In this document: positions 1 through 16,080 of the stretch, one piece after another
How the letters are laid out: the number at the start of each line of letters is the position of its first letter
Numbering within the stretch: position 1 is the first letter of the stretch
Source of the DNA: the human T2T-CHM13v2.0 reference genome, Homo sapiens
Length of the DNA stretch: 64,000 bases
Assembly (NCBI RefSeq): GCF_009914755.1
Contig: NC_060928.1
Reading direction: 5' to 3' (one strand)
The notes under the pieces: generated by a model
Told to the model about the DNA's origin: nothing
Databases searched by the model: none
The model's input: the letters and a program-made list of their open reading frames with translations, nothing else
Made by a program: the position numbers and the translations under genes

Positions 1-96
1 TAATGATAGTAAATTTGTCCTAGAATACTATCAACACAGCCCCTGATATTATCCTTTATTTTTCAGGATGGCATTAAAAACCAAAAATTTTGATAG

Positions 97-405
<309 letters not shown>

Positions 406-492
406 AATGGTTGCATTTTTAAATATTAAAATGTAAGCCTTAAGTTAGGTCAATTCTGCATTAAAATAAACACCTATCTTATTGGCCACATG

Positions 493-525
493 CACACACA
501 CACACACACACACAAACACACGCAC
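493..525. repeat. (CA)n microsatellite
   Basis: Direct reading. Confidence 0.95.
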
Positions 526-719
526 AGTCTTCCTGAACCATAAGTCATAGGTTTGACTTATGATTTTTCAATGTTATGATGGAGGAAATGTGAAATATAT
601 TCAGTACTCTCCTTGACTTACTATGGGGTTATCCCTGCATAAGTTCATTATAAGTTGAAAATATTGTGTTTGATGAATTTATCATCATGTAGCCCCATTA
701 TAAGTCAAGGAGCATCTAT
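524..719. mobile_element. MER47-like TcMar-Tigger MITE
   Basis: ctccttgacttactatggggtt... and terminal cccattataagtcaaggagcatct resemble MER47 terminal inverted repeats. Confidence 0.7.
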
Positions 720-1214
720 ATAGATATAAAATGTTTTTATCTTTAGAGATCTCTATTTTTAAATTGGCATTGTTTTGGTTTTGCTAGGTGAGTGTTTGTT
801 AACATCAAGGGATGAGGATACGTTTGACTGAGAAAAAAAAAACTCACAATGTTAGTAAGGTCCTGCTTTGAAGAATGGCATGAAATAGTGGCATAACTGT
901 TGTGTACCTCTTTGTCTAGTTACAGTCTATCACTCCTAATGGAATCTCCATGCATTTAGTACAACAAAAGAGAGAAGTAAGATTTTATAACCTCTTACAA
1001 TTTGAATAAATGATTCTGATTACATTACTACACTAGAAATGTAAACTGAGCAAGAAAATGATTTTAAAATTGATTTCTTCAGATTTGGAAAGTGAATTTG
1101 AAATTATCAAGGCTACTACTTTATACATATCTGCACCCAGTGTATGTTTTAAAATGATAATGGTCTGCCATTTAATCTGTGTTATATATATGTAACTCAA
1201 AAGGGTTTGGACAT

Positions 1215-1370
1215 ACTCAAAAATATCTTTTAGCTCTATGTGGGAAGAAGTAGCAGGAAAAGGGAGATACAGTATTACAAATTATAATGGGAGATATAGT
1301 CATCTGAGATACTAAAATAGCTGAAGCATTAAATGAATATTTCCAAATACATTTACAACAGAGAACATTT
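1215..1370 (+). mobile_element. Possible ancient CR1/L3 LINE ORF2 relic
   Basis: Translates to GDIVI*DTKIAEALNEYFQ, similar to the CR1 ORF2 linker (GE.VT.D.EKAE.LN.FF.SVFT). Confidence 0.4.
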
Positions 1371-3079
1371 ATGACTATCTATTCTATATCAGAATCACTA
1401 TGGCAAAGGTAATAAGACAGAAAAAATTCAAGTGTGAATTTTTCTCACTTAGTGTGTTAGTAGCATAAGACAAACCTCCAAAAATGTATAAGTTAAAGTG
1501 CAATTCCTTTAACATTTCATGAGGGATTGAAAATGAGAGTGTAACATTTGTTTATAAAGCCAACCTGCAACCTCAAACTTTACTAAATAATATTATTCAG
1601 AAAACATTTTTCCATTTTATGTGAACATAGCATTATTGCTTCCTAACAACATAGTTATTGATCACAATAATTCATTACAGGGTCCAGGTTACAGTGCTCC
1701 ATTCTTATTACTTTGCTTTTATTTTACTGTAAATAGTGACAGTAATAATGCTAAAGATAAAAACAATGATATTTTTGACACATAATTTGAATCACTGAAT
1801 TTTACAGCTTGCAAAATATGGAGAAATTGGTTGAATTGGCCTTTTCTGGTAAGTTAGTATGAGAAGTAAAACTTGAGATAGCATCATCAAAATTACTCTT
1901 CTTAAAACACAGCTTAGGTGGTTCATGATTTCTTTTAAACAATAAAGAAACTGATCAGTTAACTGGAAAAGATAACAAAATAAGTGTATGTACAAGCAGG
2001 CTTGGCCTCACAAATTAACCATTCTTACTTGGGTTATGAATATATATATATATATATTTTGAGTATATATATATATGTATTCAAAGATAATTACTATACA
2101 TATATAGTAATTATGTAATTTAGTTGTATCATCTTAAGAATCATTGTTTGAAGATTGATCCTTGTATTCTTTGTTTCAGTATTTAAAACTTTCCTTTTCC
2201 AAATAAGAACAATAATGTTACAAAATAGAATGTGACATTGTCAATAATTTTCAAAATTATTAGGACATAAAATTAATATCCGTTCATTTAGATGGGATTT
2301 ATTTTTTGTTCATATAAGCATTTAGAACATATGCTATGTTTAGCAGCATTCTCAGGGTATACTGGGGAAGAAATGTTTGACTGTAATCTTGAGAAAGTAA
2401 TGAGCTCTTTAAGCAGGCAGAGCATACATACATGCGGGGAAAGCCAGCTGAAGAAGTGTGTGGTAAAATTATCTAACTCAGCTCTCAGACTGTAAATGAA
2501 GGAAGGGGTCGAACATACTTTTGGCAGCCTCTGAACATGCTCCACTAAAGTCGTTTCTTTGTTCTAAATCCAAGAACATCCTGTAAAAAAAAAAAAAAAA
2601 AAAAGTCTTGCAGAAAGGAAGGATACTTCATACACGGGAAAAATATGAGCAAAGAAGTAGGAATAAGCAAAATGTGTGTGGGACTGGTAAAAAGTCTTTT
2701 CATATACAGCAGAGTAATCTCCTTAGAACATCTAAGTGAATCTTCAATTTAGGCAATGGAAGATAGGAAACTGCAAAAAGATAAAAACTCCACAGTAGAT
2801 GAATTCTCTTGGGACGTGAGTCAAAAGAATGAATGCCAGAAACCAACGCTGAACTTCGGTCGGGGATGGGAGGGCTATTTAGAGTGCAGGTAAGGAAAAC
2901 AAACATAATGTGCTTTACAGGACTAATCATAATTCATCATTATCATGTACTTATCATATACAGAAAGGACTGCCCTAGGCATTGAAGTTTTGGCAATAAC
3001 CAGATTGCCCTTGTTTTTGAAGCGCTTACAATGTAGTGTGAGAGAGAGAGAGAGAATGACAAACGTGTATACAAATCGT

Positions 3080-3800
3080 TCAGCCACGTAATAGGTATTA
3101 TACAATCACAGAGTCTTCCTAAAGGCTGTTTAAGGGAACAAATACACAGATCAAAATGCTTTTTTCTTCTGGGACAATGAGAGAAGACCTCATTGAATAG
3201 CTGAATTTGAATTCAGTCTGAAAGGATGAATACTGATTTCAAGAGCAGAAACAGAGGAGATAGGGATTCCAGGCCTAGGAATTATCAGGTACAAAGACAT
3301 GTGAAAACATACTGCAAGTTCAAGATTACCAAACAGCTAAATGGAACTGCAGCCCAGTAAGCTTACTGGGGAATGGTAGAACATGAAGTTGGCCCACTAA
3401 GCAGGGATTGGGTTGTGAAAGGCCTGGCTTGGATTTTACCCTGAGAAGATAATGAGGTGTTAAAGGATTTAAGCGTTTTAAACTGTCAAATTATGTTATC
3501 AGATTCTGCACTTAGGACCATCTCTTCAATAGTTGTGTCAGGGATGAATTGCAAGTAAAAGCTAGAGTTATAGAATCTGATATGATGGCCATTGACATGA
3601 AATGCTGAGTATATTTTTCTTAAATTGCTGGCAGTAGAGAAGCGGAGAATAGTAAAAAGCTTTAGAGATAGACAAATCCCGGCTACAATTACATATGGGT
3701 GAGAAGAGGAAGAATTGTAGACAACATGATATACTTTGAGTTGGCAACTGTATGGAGTATATGTATAGAGTATGAAGAAAGAGTAAGTAAGAAAGAGAAG
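3080..3800 (-). mobile_element. L2 fragment(s)
   Basis: Purine-rich reverse-L2 phrases (tgaaaggatgaata, ggattttaccctgag, atcagattctgcacttagga). Confidence 0.55.
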
Positions 3801-3899
3801 GATAAGAAGGGTTTTTTTTTTTTTGAATAAATAAGAAGATCAAGCATTTATCCTAACTTTACTCTAGGTACTGATTTTATGCAGGGAAAGTTCCTTGTT

Positions 3900-5020
3900 T
3901 AGAGATGATATCCAGCAAATGCAGAAGGATGATGGAATTAGAAAATCACCATTTTCAAACTATCATAAAATAATAGATCTAGGTGATAGTCATTGATGAA
4001 TACGGTAATCACATGGATATTGACAGAGAATTTCAAAAGGCAGGTATCAGGCTGATATTATCTGAATGTGTAAATAAGTCTCAGCATTACTAAAAGTAAT
4101 GCCTTGTTGTGTGATGCAATAGGAAAAGGACAGTGCCTCATACGAACTATTCTTCTATTAAAAATCACCCTAACGTTTTCAAGACTTTGGATCTAATTAC
4201 CAACTTATGGAAAATAGTGAGAATAGTGGAAAAAGTCAACCACTACCACAAAAAAGTGAGTGACTAGTACAGAAAAAAAAAAAAAAAAAAAGAGAGACTT
4301 CCGAGACACGAGAATCAAATAAATTTTGTAGAATTTGTCTGGGTCCTTATTTGTCCAAGTTAACTTTAAAAAGAGGTCCTTAAATGGCTGGGCATGGTGG
4401 CTTATTCCTGTAATCCCAGTACATTGGGAGGCCAAGGCGGGCAGATCACGAAGTCAGGAGCTTGAGATCAGACTGACCAACATAGTGAAACCCCCTCTAC
4501 TAAAAAAAAAAAAAAAAAAAAAATTAGCTGGGCGTGGTGGCGTGTGCCTATAATCCCAACTACTCAGGAGGCTGAGGCAGAAGAATCACTTGAACCTGGG
4601 AGGTGGAGGTTTCAGTGAGCTGAGATCATGCCACTGCACTCCAAGCTGGGTGACAGAGTGAGACTCCATCTTGGCGGGGGGGGAGAAAGAGGTCTTTAAA
4701 ACAATTCCCAAATTTGAATATAAATTTGGCCTTAGATATTTTTAAGATTTATTGTTAATTTTATTGTGAATGTTACCTAAAAAGTCCTTATTATTTACAG
4801 GCATATACTGATGTATTTACAAGTGAAAAATCACAATGCCTTGGATTTTATTTAAAATCAAACAAAAATAAAATAAAAAAACTTTGTGGGGGGATAGATA
4901 AACTGAGATTGGAAATATTTGCTAATCACTGGAGCTTAGTTTTCGGCATAGATAGATGTTGGATCAATGAGTGTTTCTTGTAGTAGTCTCTCTTTTAATG
5001 TTTGAAAATATGCATAATTA
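3900..5020 (+). mobile_element. Old L1M (L1MC/ME-like) 3' fragment, interrupted by an Alu
   Basis: agaaaatcaccattt..., atatactgatgtatttacaagtgaaa...ttggattttatttaaaat are typical old L1 3' UTR text. Confidence 0.5.
4386..4685 (+). mobile_element. AluS with expanded middle A-run and G-rich tail
   Basis: ggctgggcatggtggc...gagactccatc; TSD aaagaggtcYttaaa on both sides. Confidence 0.95.
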
Positions 5021-5470
5021 GGAGGAGAAAATAGTTTAATTTTAAGCAGATTCATTTTAGATGACCACGAGATATTCAGGTATAGTTTTTCAGTAGAACA
5101 TAATGTAAAAACACAGTCTAGATTAATTACAAATGAAGTATGACTAGAAATGTATAAAAAGAGTAGAAGATGAGAATGAAACCAACAAACAAAACATGGA
5201 GACAACAACATTTAGTGGGAAGGCAGAGGAAATAAAGTTATTGGAAGGTACCAAAAAGGATCAGAGAGATGGGAAGAAAGCTAAGATGATGTTACAAAAA
5301 AATGGAGAGTCACTAAAATGACCCATGTGTACACAGAATAAGTGTTGAAATACTAACTACATTTTGAATAGGTCATCACTGGTGATCATATTTAAAGAAA
5401 TTTTAGAGGAATGATCATGGAGAGAACAGAGGAGATGGAAAACTAGATAGAAATGAATTTATGAGAGGAC
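5020..5470 (-). mobile_element. L2 fragment
   Basis: acatttagtgggaaggcagaggaa..., aggtcatcactggtga match reverse L2. Confidence 0.5.
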
Positions 5471-6564
5471 TAGAAAATGAGACATTTAAGAGGGTTTTTC
5501 CTGTTATTAAAAACCATAGCTATGACAGATTTTCCTTTTTGATAATTCTCAGTTTTTTTTTCTTCATTTTTAAACTTATCTTTCAGTAGAGAAATAAAAT
5601 AGATGTCAGAAATGTAATGGGAGATTAATGAGAGCATGGTCAAATTTACCAAAAAACTAATTCAACTTATGTTTAGAGCAGCTCATTAACGCAGGCCCTA
5701 CTAGCAAATATCTTTCCAAGATATGCCAATGTGTGTGTAGGAACACAGGATTTTATAAAAGTATAAAAGATAAGATGTTATCTCTTTCTACTTAACTTCC
5801 AACACATTTTCCCTCAAATAGAGTTGTGGTTGAGTGGCCACTAGCATTTTTGGAATCCCACTAAAACAACTTTGAATTGGGAATGAATTCAGTTTCTGTT
5901 GAGTGGGATATGTTCATGTAGTTCAGTTAGAGTTTAAATTATTCTGACTAGTCAGGTGTATGAATGGTTTATAGGAATACTCCTACCTACTGTGAAAACT
6001 CATTGTGACAGGGAAGTACAGGATCACAGTTTGTGTTGTAATATACAATTGTCCAATGATACCTGGCCCTACATGTATGCAAGAAGTTGAGGAAAAAGCA
6101 AAGTTTGAAATATACTGAGCTGTAAAAATTAAAAGAAAAGGATTTGGTTATCATCAATACCTAGGCTAAACAGAATTTCTCCTTGTCGGGGATTTACTAA
6201 GCAACACAACAACACAACATATATAATCATAAATGTACCGGATATGTTCCCCTTTTTTGATGATAATCATGTGAAAGTGTAATTAATCAGAGTCCCTTTT
6301 ACAGCACAAGTCTTCAGTATTCAATTATGTTTATAATTGCCCGTGTGTAGAATAATTTTAAAAGAAGTTTTTCCAAATTTGACAATAGATGGCCTCTAAC
6401 CAATAACGTTGTCATACGAAGAAATGATTTTAGAGTATGTGGTCAAAAAAGGAATGGAAAAGGTATTTATCAAGCTAAGTCATGTAAATGTAATATGTTT
6501 ATTTTCTACATTTCATGATGTCTAGGGTATTTTGCCATTTTTTAAATTTGTACTTCTAGACTTA

Positions 6565-6860
6565 CAGTGTGGCTCACGCCTGTAATCTCAACATTTTGGG
6601 AGGCCGAGGCAGGAGGATTGCTTGAGCCCAGGAGTTCAAGACCAGTCCTGGCAACATAGCAAGGCCCTATTTATACAAAACAGAAAATAAAATAAAATTA
6701 GGTAGGTGTGGTGGCGTGCACCTGTAGTCCAGCTACTCAGCTACTTGGGAGGCTTGCTTGAGCTCAAAAATTCAAGGCTGCAGTGAACTGTGAATGTACC
6801 ACTGCACTCCAGCCTGGGTGACAGAGTGAGATCCTCTGTCCAAAAAACAAACAAAAATAA
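6565..6860 (+). mobile_element. AluJ
   Basis: ggaggattgcttgagcccaggagttcaagacc is AluJ-diagnostic; A-rich tail. Confidence 0.9.
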
Positions 6861-9465
6861 TTTTTATTCTCCCTTTCTGTTCAGTCTAAATAAATATTCA
6901 TTGTCATGCCTGGCCCTAGAAGTATGCAACTAACTGCACAACTTTGGTGTGTTTTTTTGTTTTTTTTTTGGTTTTTTTTTGAGAAACTTTCACAAAACTT
7001 GGATTTAAATCTGTATGGGAGCCCAAAAAGGTACAAGAAAGTAGAGGAAAAATATTCAACATTTACACACACACATACACACAGAAAACTATAAAAGCTT
7101 TCATCTTTCTTAGCTTTTGTCCAAGAAAAAAAAGCAGTTGGCTTTTAACAATACAGAAATCATTTTTCCTTAAAAGAGATATTGTGAAAAATCTTAATGC
7201 TCAAAGTACTAGGACACATACATACATACATACATACATACATACACACACAGGGTACCTTACACATTAAAAATAAAATGTGTTTCATTCACATCTGAAG
7301 ATTTCTTTTCCTACTCTACCCTGTTAGTCACTCCTACTCCTATGAGAGAAACACAATAACTGTTCATCCCCTTTCTTTATTTTTTTGGTGTCAAGTCTGA
7401 GGACAGAAGGCACATAACACATATGAAGATGGAATATTTTTTAAAAACAAGGAGACAAAATATTAAACAATATGGTAGTGTTGCCTTTTAGGGAAATCCG
7501 AATAAACTATTTACTATTTCTTGGAAATAAATCTAAAAAGTCAAATACTTAACTGAAGTACTTTGTCCTTGACAAACTATAGTAACACCACAATCAGCAG
7601 ACTTAATAATTTATCAGTACAACAGAACATTTAGATGTTCTGTTAGCTGTAGATTCTATAGATTTAATCTATAATTCTATAGATTAAAAAGGAATATTAA
7701 AAAGGAAATTTAAATTTTAGAAGTATATTTGTATTCTAAATTGATATATATTTAGAAGAAAATAAATCCATATATTTAATTATTCATATGGAAATATCAT
7801 TGTTAGTGTTGTGTGGATGTATCCTTTCAAGTAAAATAGCTTATTTAAATCTTTTTGAAGTAACTCTTCATAAATTCACAGTCTAACAATTTCTTATTTT
7901 TCGGGAGCAAAGGTATATATTAATGTTTAATCAAGGATCCAGCGTTTGATCTAAGGTCATCTTTTGAACTAGAAGTAAAGCTTTTATTTCAAAGAAAGTC
8001 TATCCTCTTACCTTTTACATTTACATATTTAACAGGAATGTAGACATACTTGCAAAAGTGACTGGATGATATTTTGCTGTTGTAGCACACTTCAAAGATT
8101 AGAATTATCCATTCATTTCATGAGTGTAGACCAGCCCAATTTGACCCATAGTCTTTCTGTGAAAATATAATTATCTTCTGAAGATAAAAACAGGGTAAAT
8201 TATAGGTGGTTGTAGAGTTGGGGAAAATCAAAGACGGGGACAATTTGTGGTAGTCCTGAGTTTAAATACTGAACAAGTCATCTACTTCTTATGTGACCAC
8301 AGGTGAGATAATTCCTTCAATTATAAAGTATGATAGCAATTTAAGTGTTACTATGTTCTCTAATAACATGAGCTAACCCTCTTTTTCTTACTATCAGAAT
8401 GACACTATAACAAATATTGCATTTTTCCCTATGAATCCAAAAGCTTCTGTCACAGTCGTGATTAGGAATGCTGTGGATGGAAGCCTTACGTCACTGGTGA
8501 ATGCCAAAACAAAGTAGTATTTATCACTGGCTTTGATTTCAACATTATTTTAATATTTTCCCACCTTTATTAAAGACGTTAATATTATGAGTGAGTATAT
8601 TTCAATGAAAGTAGCCTACTTGAGCTTGGAAAGACTAAACTAATTAACAGGAAAGTAATGAAATAGCAGGTTTATATCTTGAGCCCCCAGTGATGAAAAC
8701 CTTTAGCAAACTACAGGTTACATGTTTAGGATTTGGTTAATTATTTTAGGAGCAAATATAGAGAAAAAATATTCTCATATTTTAAAGACCAATATTCTCA
8801 TTTAGGCCTGAATATAACCGTGAATTCTCTACCTTATATGGGCTAACTATCCAGTTTTGACAGCAGAGAAAATTATAATACCCTATAGACCTAAGTTTCA
8901 TCAACCCTGTTCTCTGAAATATATCTGTAATTATTCTGGTACACTCAGATGTTTATATTTTAAGAATCTATATCTACAATGTAGTTAAAGAGGTGTTTTA
9001 TAATTAAGTAATTAAATATAAGCGTAACTTTTAAGTGTTGTTAGAATTCAAAGTAAAGCACTCATTCCAAAATATTTCAACTTTCTTATAAACATTTCTC
9101 TTTGTACTACAATATTCTCTTTCCCCCAAGTGCTATGATTAATGCAATCCTTAAAAACAATGGAAACAACTATCTTTATTACTGATTTTATAATTTTGGA
9201 AATTCCAGGGACTAGATTCCCTACTGTTAAATTTGGAATATATAAACTTCCTGGGATTGCAGTTATGACCTAATGTACTAAGGTAGCACTCAAAACAGCT
9301 ATTAATTTACATGGAACAAAGTCATAAAAGGCCAGAGGAACAGCAATTATTGTCACATGCAATTACCAAGAGACAAGCTAAAAAAGAACACTCGTCTGCA
9401 AGTGTATCAATTAAACTCCATTATTATTAAAACAAGTGGTAAGTGAACCTGCCCTAGAAATCTAT

Positions 9466-10185
9466 TGTGTCTGGAACTGGTTCCTTCAGTGGGTTCTTGG
9501 TCTCGCTAACTTCAAGAATGAAGCCACGGACCGTCGTGGTGAGTGTTACAGTTCTTAAAGATGGTGTGCCAGGAGTTTCTTCCTTTTGGTGGGTTCGTCG
9601 TCTTGCTCACTTCAGCAGTGAAGCTGCAGACCTCTGTGGTGAGCGTTACAGCTCATAAAGGCGGCCGCATCTGGACTTGTTCTCCTCCTGGTGGGTTCAT
9701 GGTCTCACTGGCTTCAGGAGAGATGGTGCAGACCTTCGTGGTGAGTGTTATAGCTCATTGTTACAGCTCATAAAGGCGTTGCAGACCCAAAGAGTGAGCA
9801 GCATTAGGATACATTGCAAAGAGCAAAAGAACAAAGCCTCCACAGCAAGGAAAGGAACGTGAGCAGGCTGCCACTGCTTGCGCCGGTGGCCTGCTTTTAT
9901 TCCCTTATTTGGCCCCACCCACATCCTGCTGATTGGTCCATTTTACAGAGTGCTGATTGGTCTGTTTTGACAGAGTGCTGATTGGTGCATTTACAATCCT
10001 TTAACTAGACAGAAAAGTTCTCCAAGTCCCCACCCGATTAGCTAGACACAGAGTGCTGATTGGTGTGTTTACAAACCTTTAGCTGGACACAGAGTGCTGA
10101 TTGGTGCATTTACAGTCCTTTAGCTAGACAGAAACGTTCTCCAAGTCCCCACCCAACCCAGAAACCCAGCCGGCTTCACCTCTCA
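9466..10185 (-). mobile_element. Solo LTR12 (ERV9 LTR), antisense to GRID2
   Basis: TG...CA ends (tgtgtctggaac...cacctctca), repeated gtgagtgttacagctcataaagg units, five gctgattgg (CCAAT) boxes, 4-bp TSD ctat/ctac. Confidence 0.93.
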
Positions 10186-11545
10186 CTACGTTGCGTAGTA
10201 CTAGACAGACCTACCCTGTAGAATTTAAATTAATATCCTATAAATACTGATAACTCTCCCATATTTTTTATTCACAACTTACATAAGTGCTTAAAGAATG
10301 AAGATGAAATAAAAATGATTTACACAAAACTTTAATAAGATTGTTATTTTAATTTTTTGCTTACTTTTCTGTTATTTCTTCAAACCTGAATACATATGTG
10401 AATATGGAAATATCTTCAAAATCTTGCTATTTTAGTTCTTTCCTTTAAAAAATAATTTTCTTCCCAGATTTTTTCTCTTATATGCCTCTTGCTCACCAGT
10501 TTTTCTTCCTTAAATGCAAATCGTCTGAGAGAAATGGATGGCAATAAATGCCCCCAAGAATGACTAAGTGTAATAAGCAGCTGTTAAGATGCGGTTTTCA
10601 AAATTAGACCTGAAAAAAATGTTTCTTTTCTGTTTGTTTCCATATGAATACCCTAGATGAGTAGTTACTATGTATTTATTAGCCAGTGCCTTATATAACA
10701 TAACACGTTCAGGAGACAGTTAGCAAAAGAACAGTAGAATTGTAAATACTCAGAGAAAAGGAGACATGCACAGTCTTCCTTCTATAAATAGGCTTACTTC
10801 AGCTTCATATCCAATAGGCTTAACCAAGCATGAATTTACACTCCTCCTCTTTATACCCTTCAATACACAATTTCACTAAATAATGATAATGTTCTATTTT
10901 TAAATATTTTACAACTTTTTTCTTGACAAATTTACCATTGTGCACTCATTGTATGTTGGAGATGAGGGATTCACTTTGGTTATGAACGTGAAATCTTATT
11001 CTAAGTTGTTGTATATAATTTAAGTAATTTATATACATACTATTATTAATTAGCTAATATTTTCCCCTAAATTAATAAGCGTTTAGTTCATAAAGAGAAT
11101 AACACATTTTTGATCTACATCAGGAATAGTGAAAGACCTAGATTGATATATTATTAGGTTGCAGTGAGCTGCATTGAATGTGTCCCTTTAGCTACAGTGG
11201 TAAAATAGATTTATAATTACCAATCTTCAATTATGATTGAATTTAAAGCAGTTGTTTTAATTGGCACTTTTTTGTAATGACTGAAAGGAGAAAGTATTTG
11301 GATTTCAAAGTTTTCATGCAAATATATTTTCTTATATTTCTTCCTGCTACAATCTACCCAGAACAAATATGCTATATTATATGAGTAATTATGTTTTAAT
11401 AGGCTTGTTCTGCAAGCAATTCTAAATAGTACTTGTCTTGTGAGCAGTGATCATGGTTTGTGTTTGCAAACAGTCTATTGCCCTTTTCAAAGACATTCCT
11501 GGAATACAAACAGCTGGCAAGTGATCTGCTTTCCAAAAACTTGCG

Positions 11546-11547
<2 letters not shown>

Positions 11548-11587
<40 letters not shown>
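11548..11587. repeat. (TG)n microsatellite
   Basis: Direct reading. Confidence 0.97.
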
Positions 11588-11588
<1 letters not shown>

Positions 11589-12584
11589 TAATTTGAGCAA
11601 GACCACCCAGAGAATTAGTAGTAATAAATAAATATACAATGAGATTTCATATCCTATTTTGACAATGTATTAAGTAGATTGAAAACCCTCTCTCCATCTC
11701 TATAAGAAAACGTTATCTTCTGTCCAATCTTCATGTTGCCATTTCCCTATTTCTTCTGGTTCTTTTCTCAGAAGTAGTCATTATGATTCTTGTATGTAAC
11801 CATAATTAAATCATTTTACTTTTCTGTATTTATTAGTTACTTACTATAGATCTGTTAGTGATTATATATAATAACTATCTGTGAGATCTTATTAAGGGCT
11901 AATTTTAAGGGCTAACATTTTGCATGTTCTCTCACTAGTGTTCAAAACAGTTCATGAGAAACAGTTTGTAATCTGAACCCAAGCCTGTAGGACTTTATAT
12001 TCAATAACCCTAACAATTGTTCTCATTCTTCTAAACTCTTTTCAAGATTAAAATAGTTATCAGTTTTAGACTTCTCAAATTTCATCATTGCCTGATAAAT
12101 GTAGATTCTAAATTGAGTGTACAGGGATGCTTCTTTTTCATCTATATGATCCTGTAACTCAACAATGTGTATAAATGACTAATGTGCTCAGTGTTTTTAT
12201 TAGTTGCTTGTAAGAAAACAAAACAAAGGAACTGCATTTGCCTATTGATTCTCATGAGAAAGTATGACTTGGAGCTCCACAAAGCAATTACAAAAGGGAT
12301 AAGTTGTATCCAGCAAACTTGTCTAACAAAGTTGTTTTGAAGTTTAAATAATATAGGTCCAGCCCTTGGCATAGTAAATACTCCATAAACAGCTGTTACT
12401 CTACATGCTCTGTGAGGAAATAGACATCACACTTGTCCATTACTGCATTCCTAGTCTTAGGATGGATCCCAGCACAAGGAAGAGTCACAAAATAATGTAT
12501 TAAATGGATACATTAATGAATGTAAGGTATTGTAATAATGGCAAGTCAGAGTCTGGTGAGTGTCATTATTAAAAATGCCTAATA

Positions 12585-12876
<292 letters not shown>

Positions 12877-13633
12877 TCAATTGAGAAATGTGTTCCAAAG
12901 CAGGGGACTATATTTTATTAATACTCAGGATGAGAATGGGCTTATTTCTTGAGATAGATAACATAACACAATATACGATTTGCAGTTCAATATAGTGTGT
13001 ACTCTATTTGTTTCTAGACTTGAAACTAATGAGTGTTTAACTATCTTAAATTTACACAGAGAAACATGTTGTGTCTGTAAATTTATTACTATAAAATGGT
13101 GGCCTTTTCCTGTGCATTAATGGTGACAAAAAATTAGCAAATGAGTAAAACATAGCATTTATTTGTATTAAAATATTTTTTCAAGGTAGAAATATAATTT
13201 TTCTTATAATATTAATCTACTGTTCCATAGGTAATTCATTTCAAATATTAATTTAAATTTTTATTACTTTTGGCTGTTTTTTTGGTAATTATAATCCTAG
13301 ACAATCCATTATTTTCATTTCTCTATTGGATTATTTACATTACAGATAGAAAAGTAAACTTCCAAATGGTTATATTTAAAGATATTTCTCAATTACTAAC
13401 AATTAAATGATTGTCATTGCTACCAAATTAGTAATTGCTGGGATATATGATATATGCATTAGAAAAGCAGTTCTTATATGCCTATACATTCTTAAAATTA
13501 GCTGTCCATGAACTGGATCTCATGTTCTAATATGTTTCTTTACGTAAAAAGTGAAAAAATGAAGGAAGAAAGAATTGTAAAAATAATTATCACTGAAATG
13601 TCCTGGACTGTTTGTGAGAAATCAAAATCTTGA

Positions 13634-15093
<1,460 letters not shown>

Positions 15094-15967
15094 AGAAATC
15101 AAAATCTTGACATTCAAGAAACAATTTTATGGTCAAAGAAATCAAAAAATGTTTTAGTTATATGATAAAATCAAATGAAAACTTTAATCTTTATATTTGA
15201 AAGCTTCATGGAATGTGAAAAAACCATATTAATCTTATCTCAATTTTCCAATAATAATAATAATAATAATATCTAATCCATCTAATTTTTTTCACAGGCA
15301 AATTTATAGCAATCTATGTTCATATTAAAGCCAGTACTATTTATCAAAATGAGGATTAATACATGGGGATACATGATTTGGTATGCCTAAATATTTTCAT
15401 TTAAAACATGTATAATTAATATGAGTGGTCAAAAATAAAAGAAAATATTGTTTTTAATGAAGAGTGAAGAGAAATTAACACATTGATTAAATGATGATAG
15501 TGTTTGCATCCATGTAGAGGGTGAGAGTGGGCAATGATCCAGACAGATATTTCTGGAAAAAAAAAATCTTAATTTACTGTTAGAGAATCCTGGTTGTTCA
15601 CCTTTCACCTGGAATAACTACCACCACCACAACAAAATATTGTGATTTTTTTTAAATAGGTGAAACATAGAAAAAGGAAGAGGAAGATTTCTAAAATATA
15701 TTTTTCCTCAAAATTATGATTTTTAGAATATGATTGTGCTGAGTGAAGTGTGTTTGTGTTCTTTTTTATTTTAACTCTTAATCCTTTTTTTGCAATAAGG
15801 TTCAAGAAAGGCCATATCACAATGTAATAACTGTGGTTCTTAGGTCAAGAATATTTGAAAATGTAGTTCCCAAATGCATATCCTCATTAACTTTTTAGAA
15901 AAGCTGATATGGTATAATAATTATGGAGTGACCAAAAGTATAGCAGTTCTGAGTATACTATTTATTC

Positions 15968-16080
15968 TCTACTTGGGAGATGAAGATGGGAGGATCACTT
16001 GAGCCCAGGAGTTAGAGGCTGGAGTGAGCCTTGAGCACACCACTACACTCCAGCCTAGGTGGAGGAAAAAGAAAAAAAAA
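15968..16080 (+). mobile_element. Alu right-monomer fragment (AluJ/FRAM)
   Basis: ctacttgggag...gggaggatcacttgagcccaggag...cactccagcctagg plus A tail. Confidence 0.8.

Noticed and set aside
5675-6550. Possible old DNA transposon
   Set aside because: Has a repeat-like feel, but I could not identify termini or a family.
7621-7644. AGAACA...TGTTCT inverted repeat as a steroid response element
   Set aside because: Spacer is 6 nt rather than the canonical 3; a 10-bp hairpin is expected by chance in AT-rich DNA.
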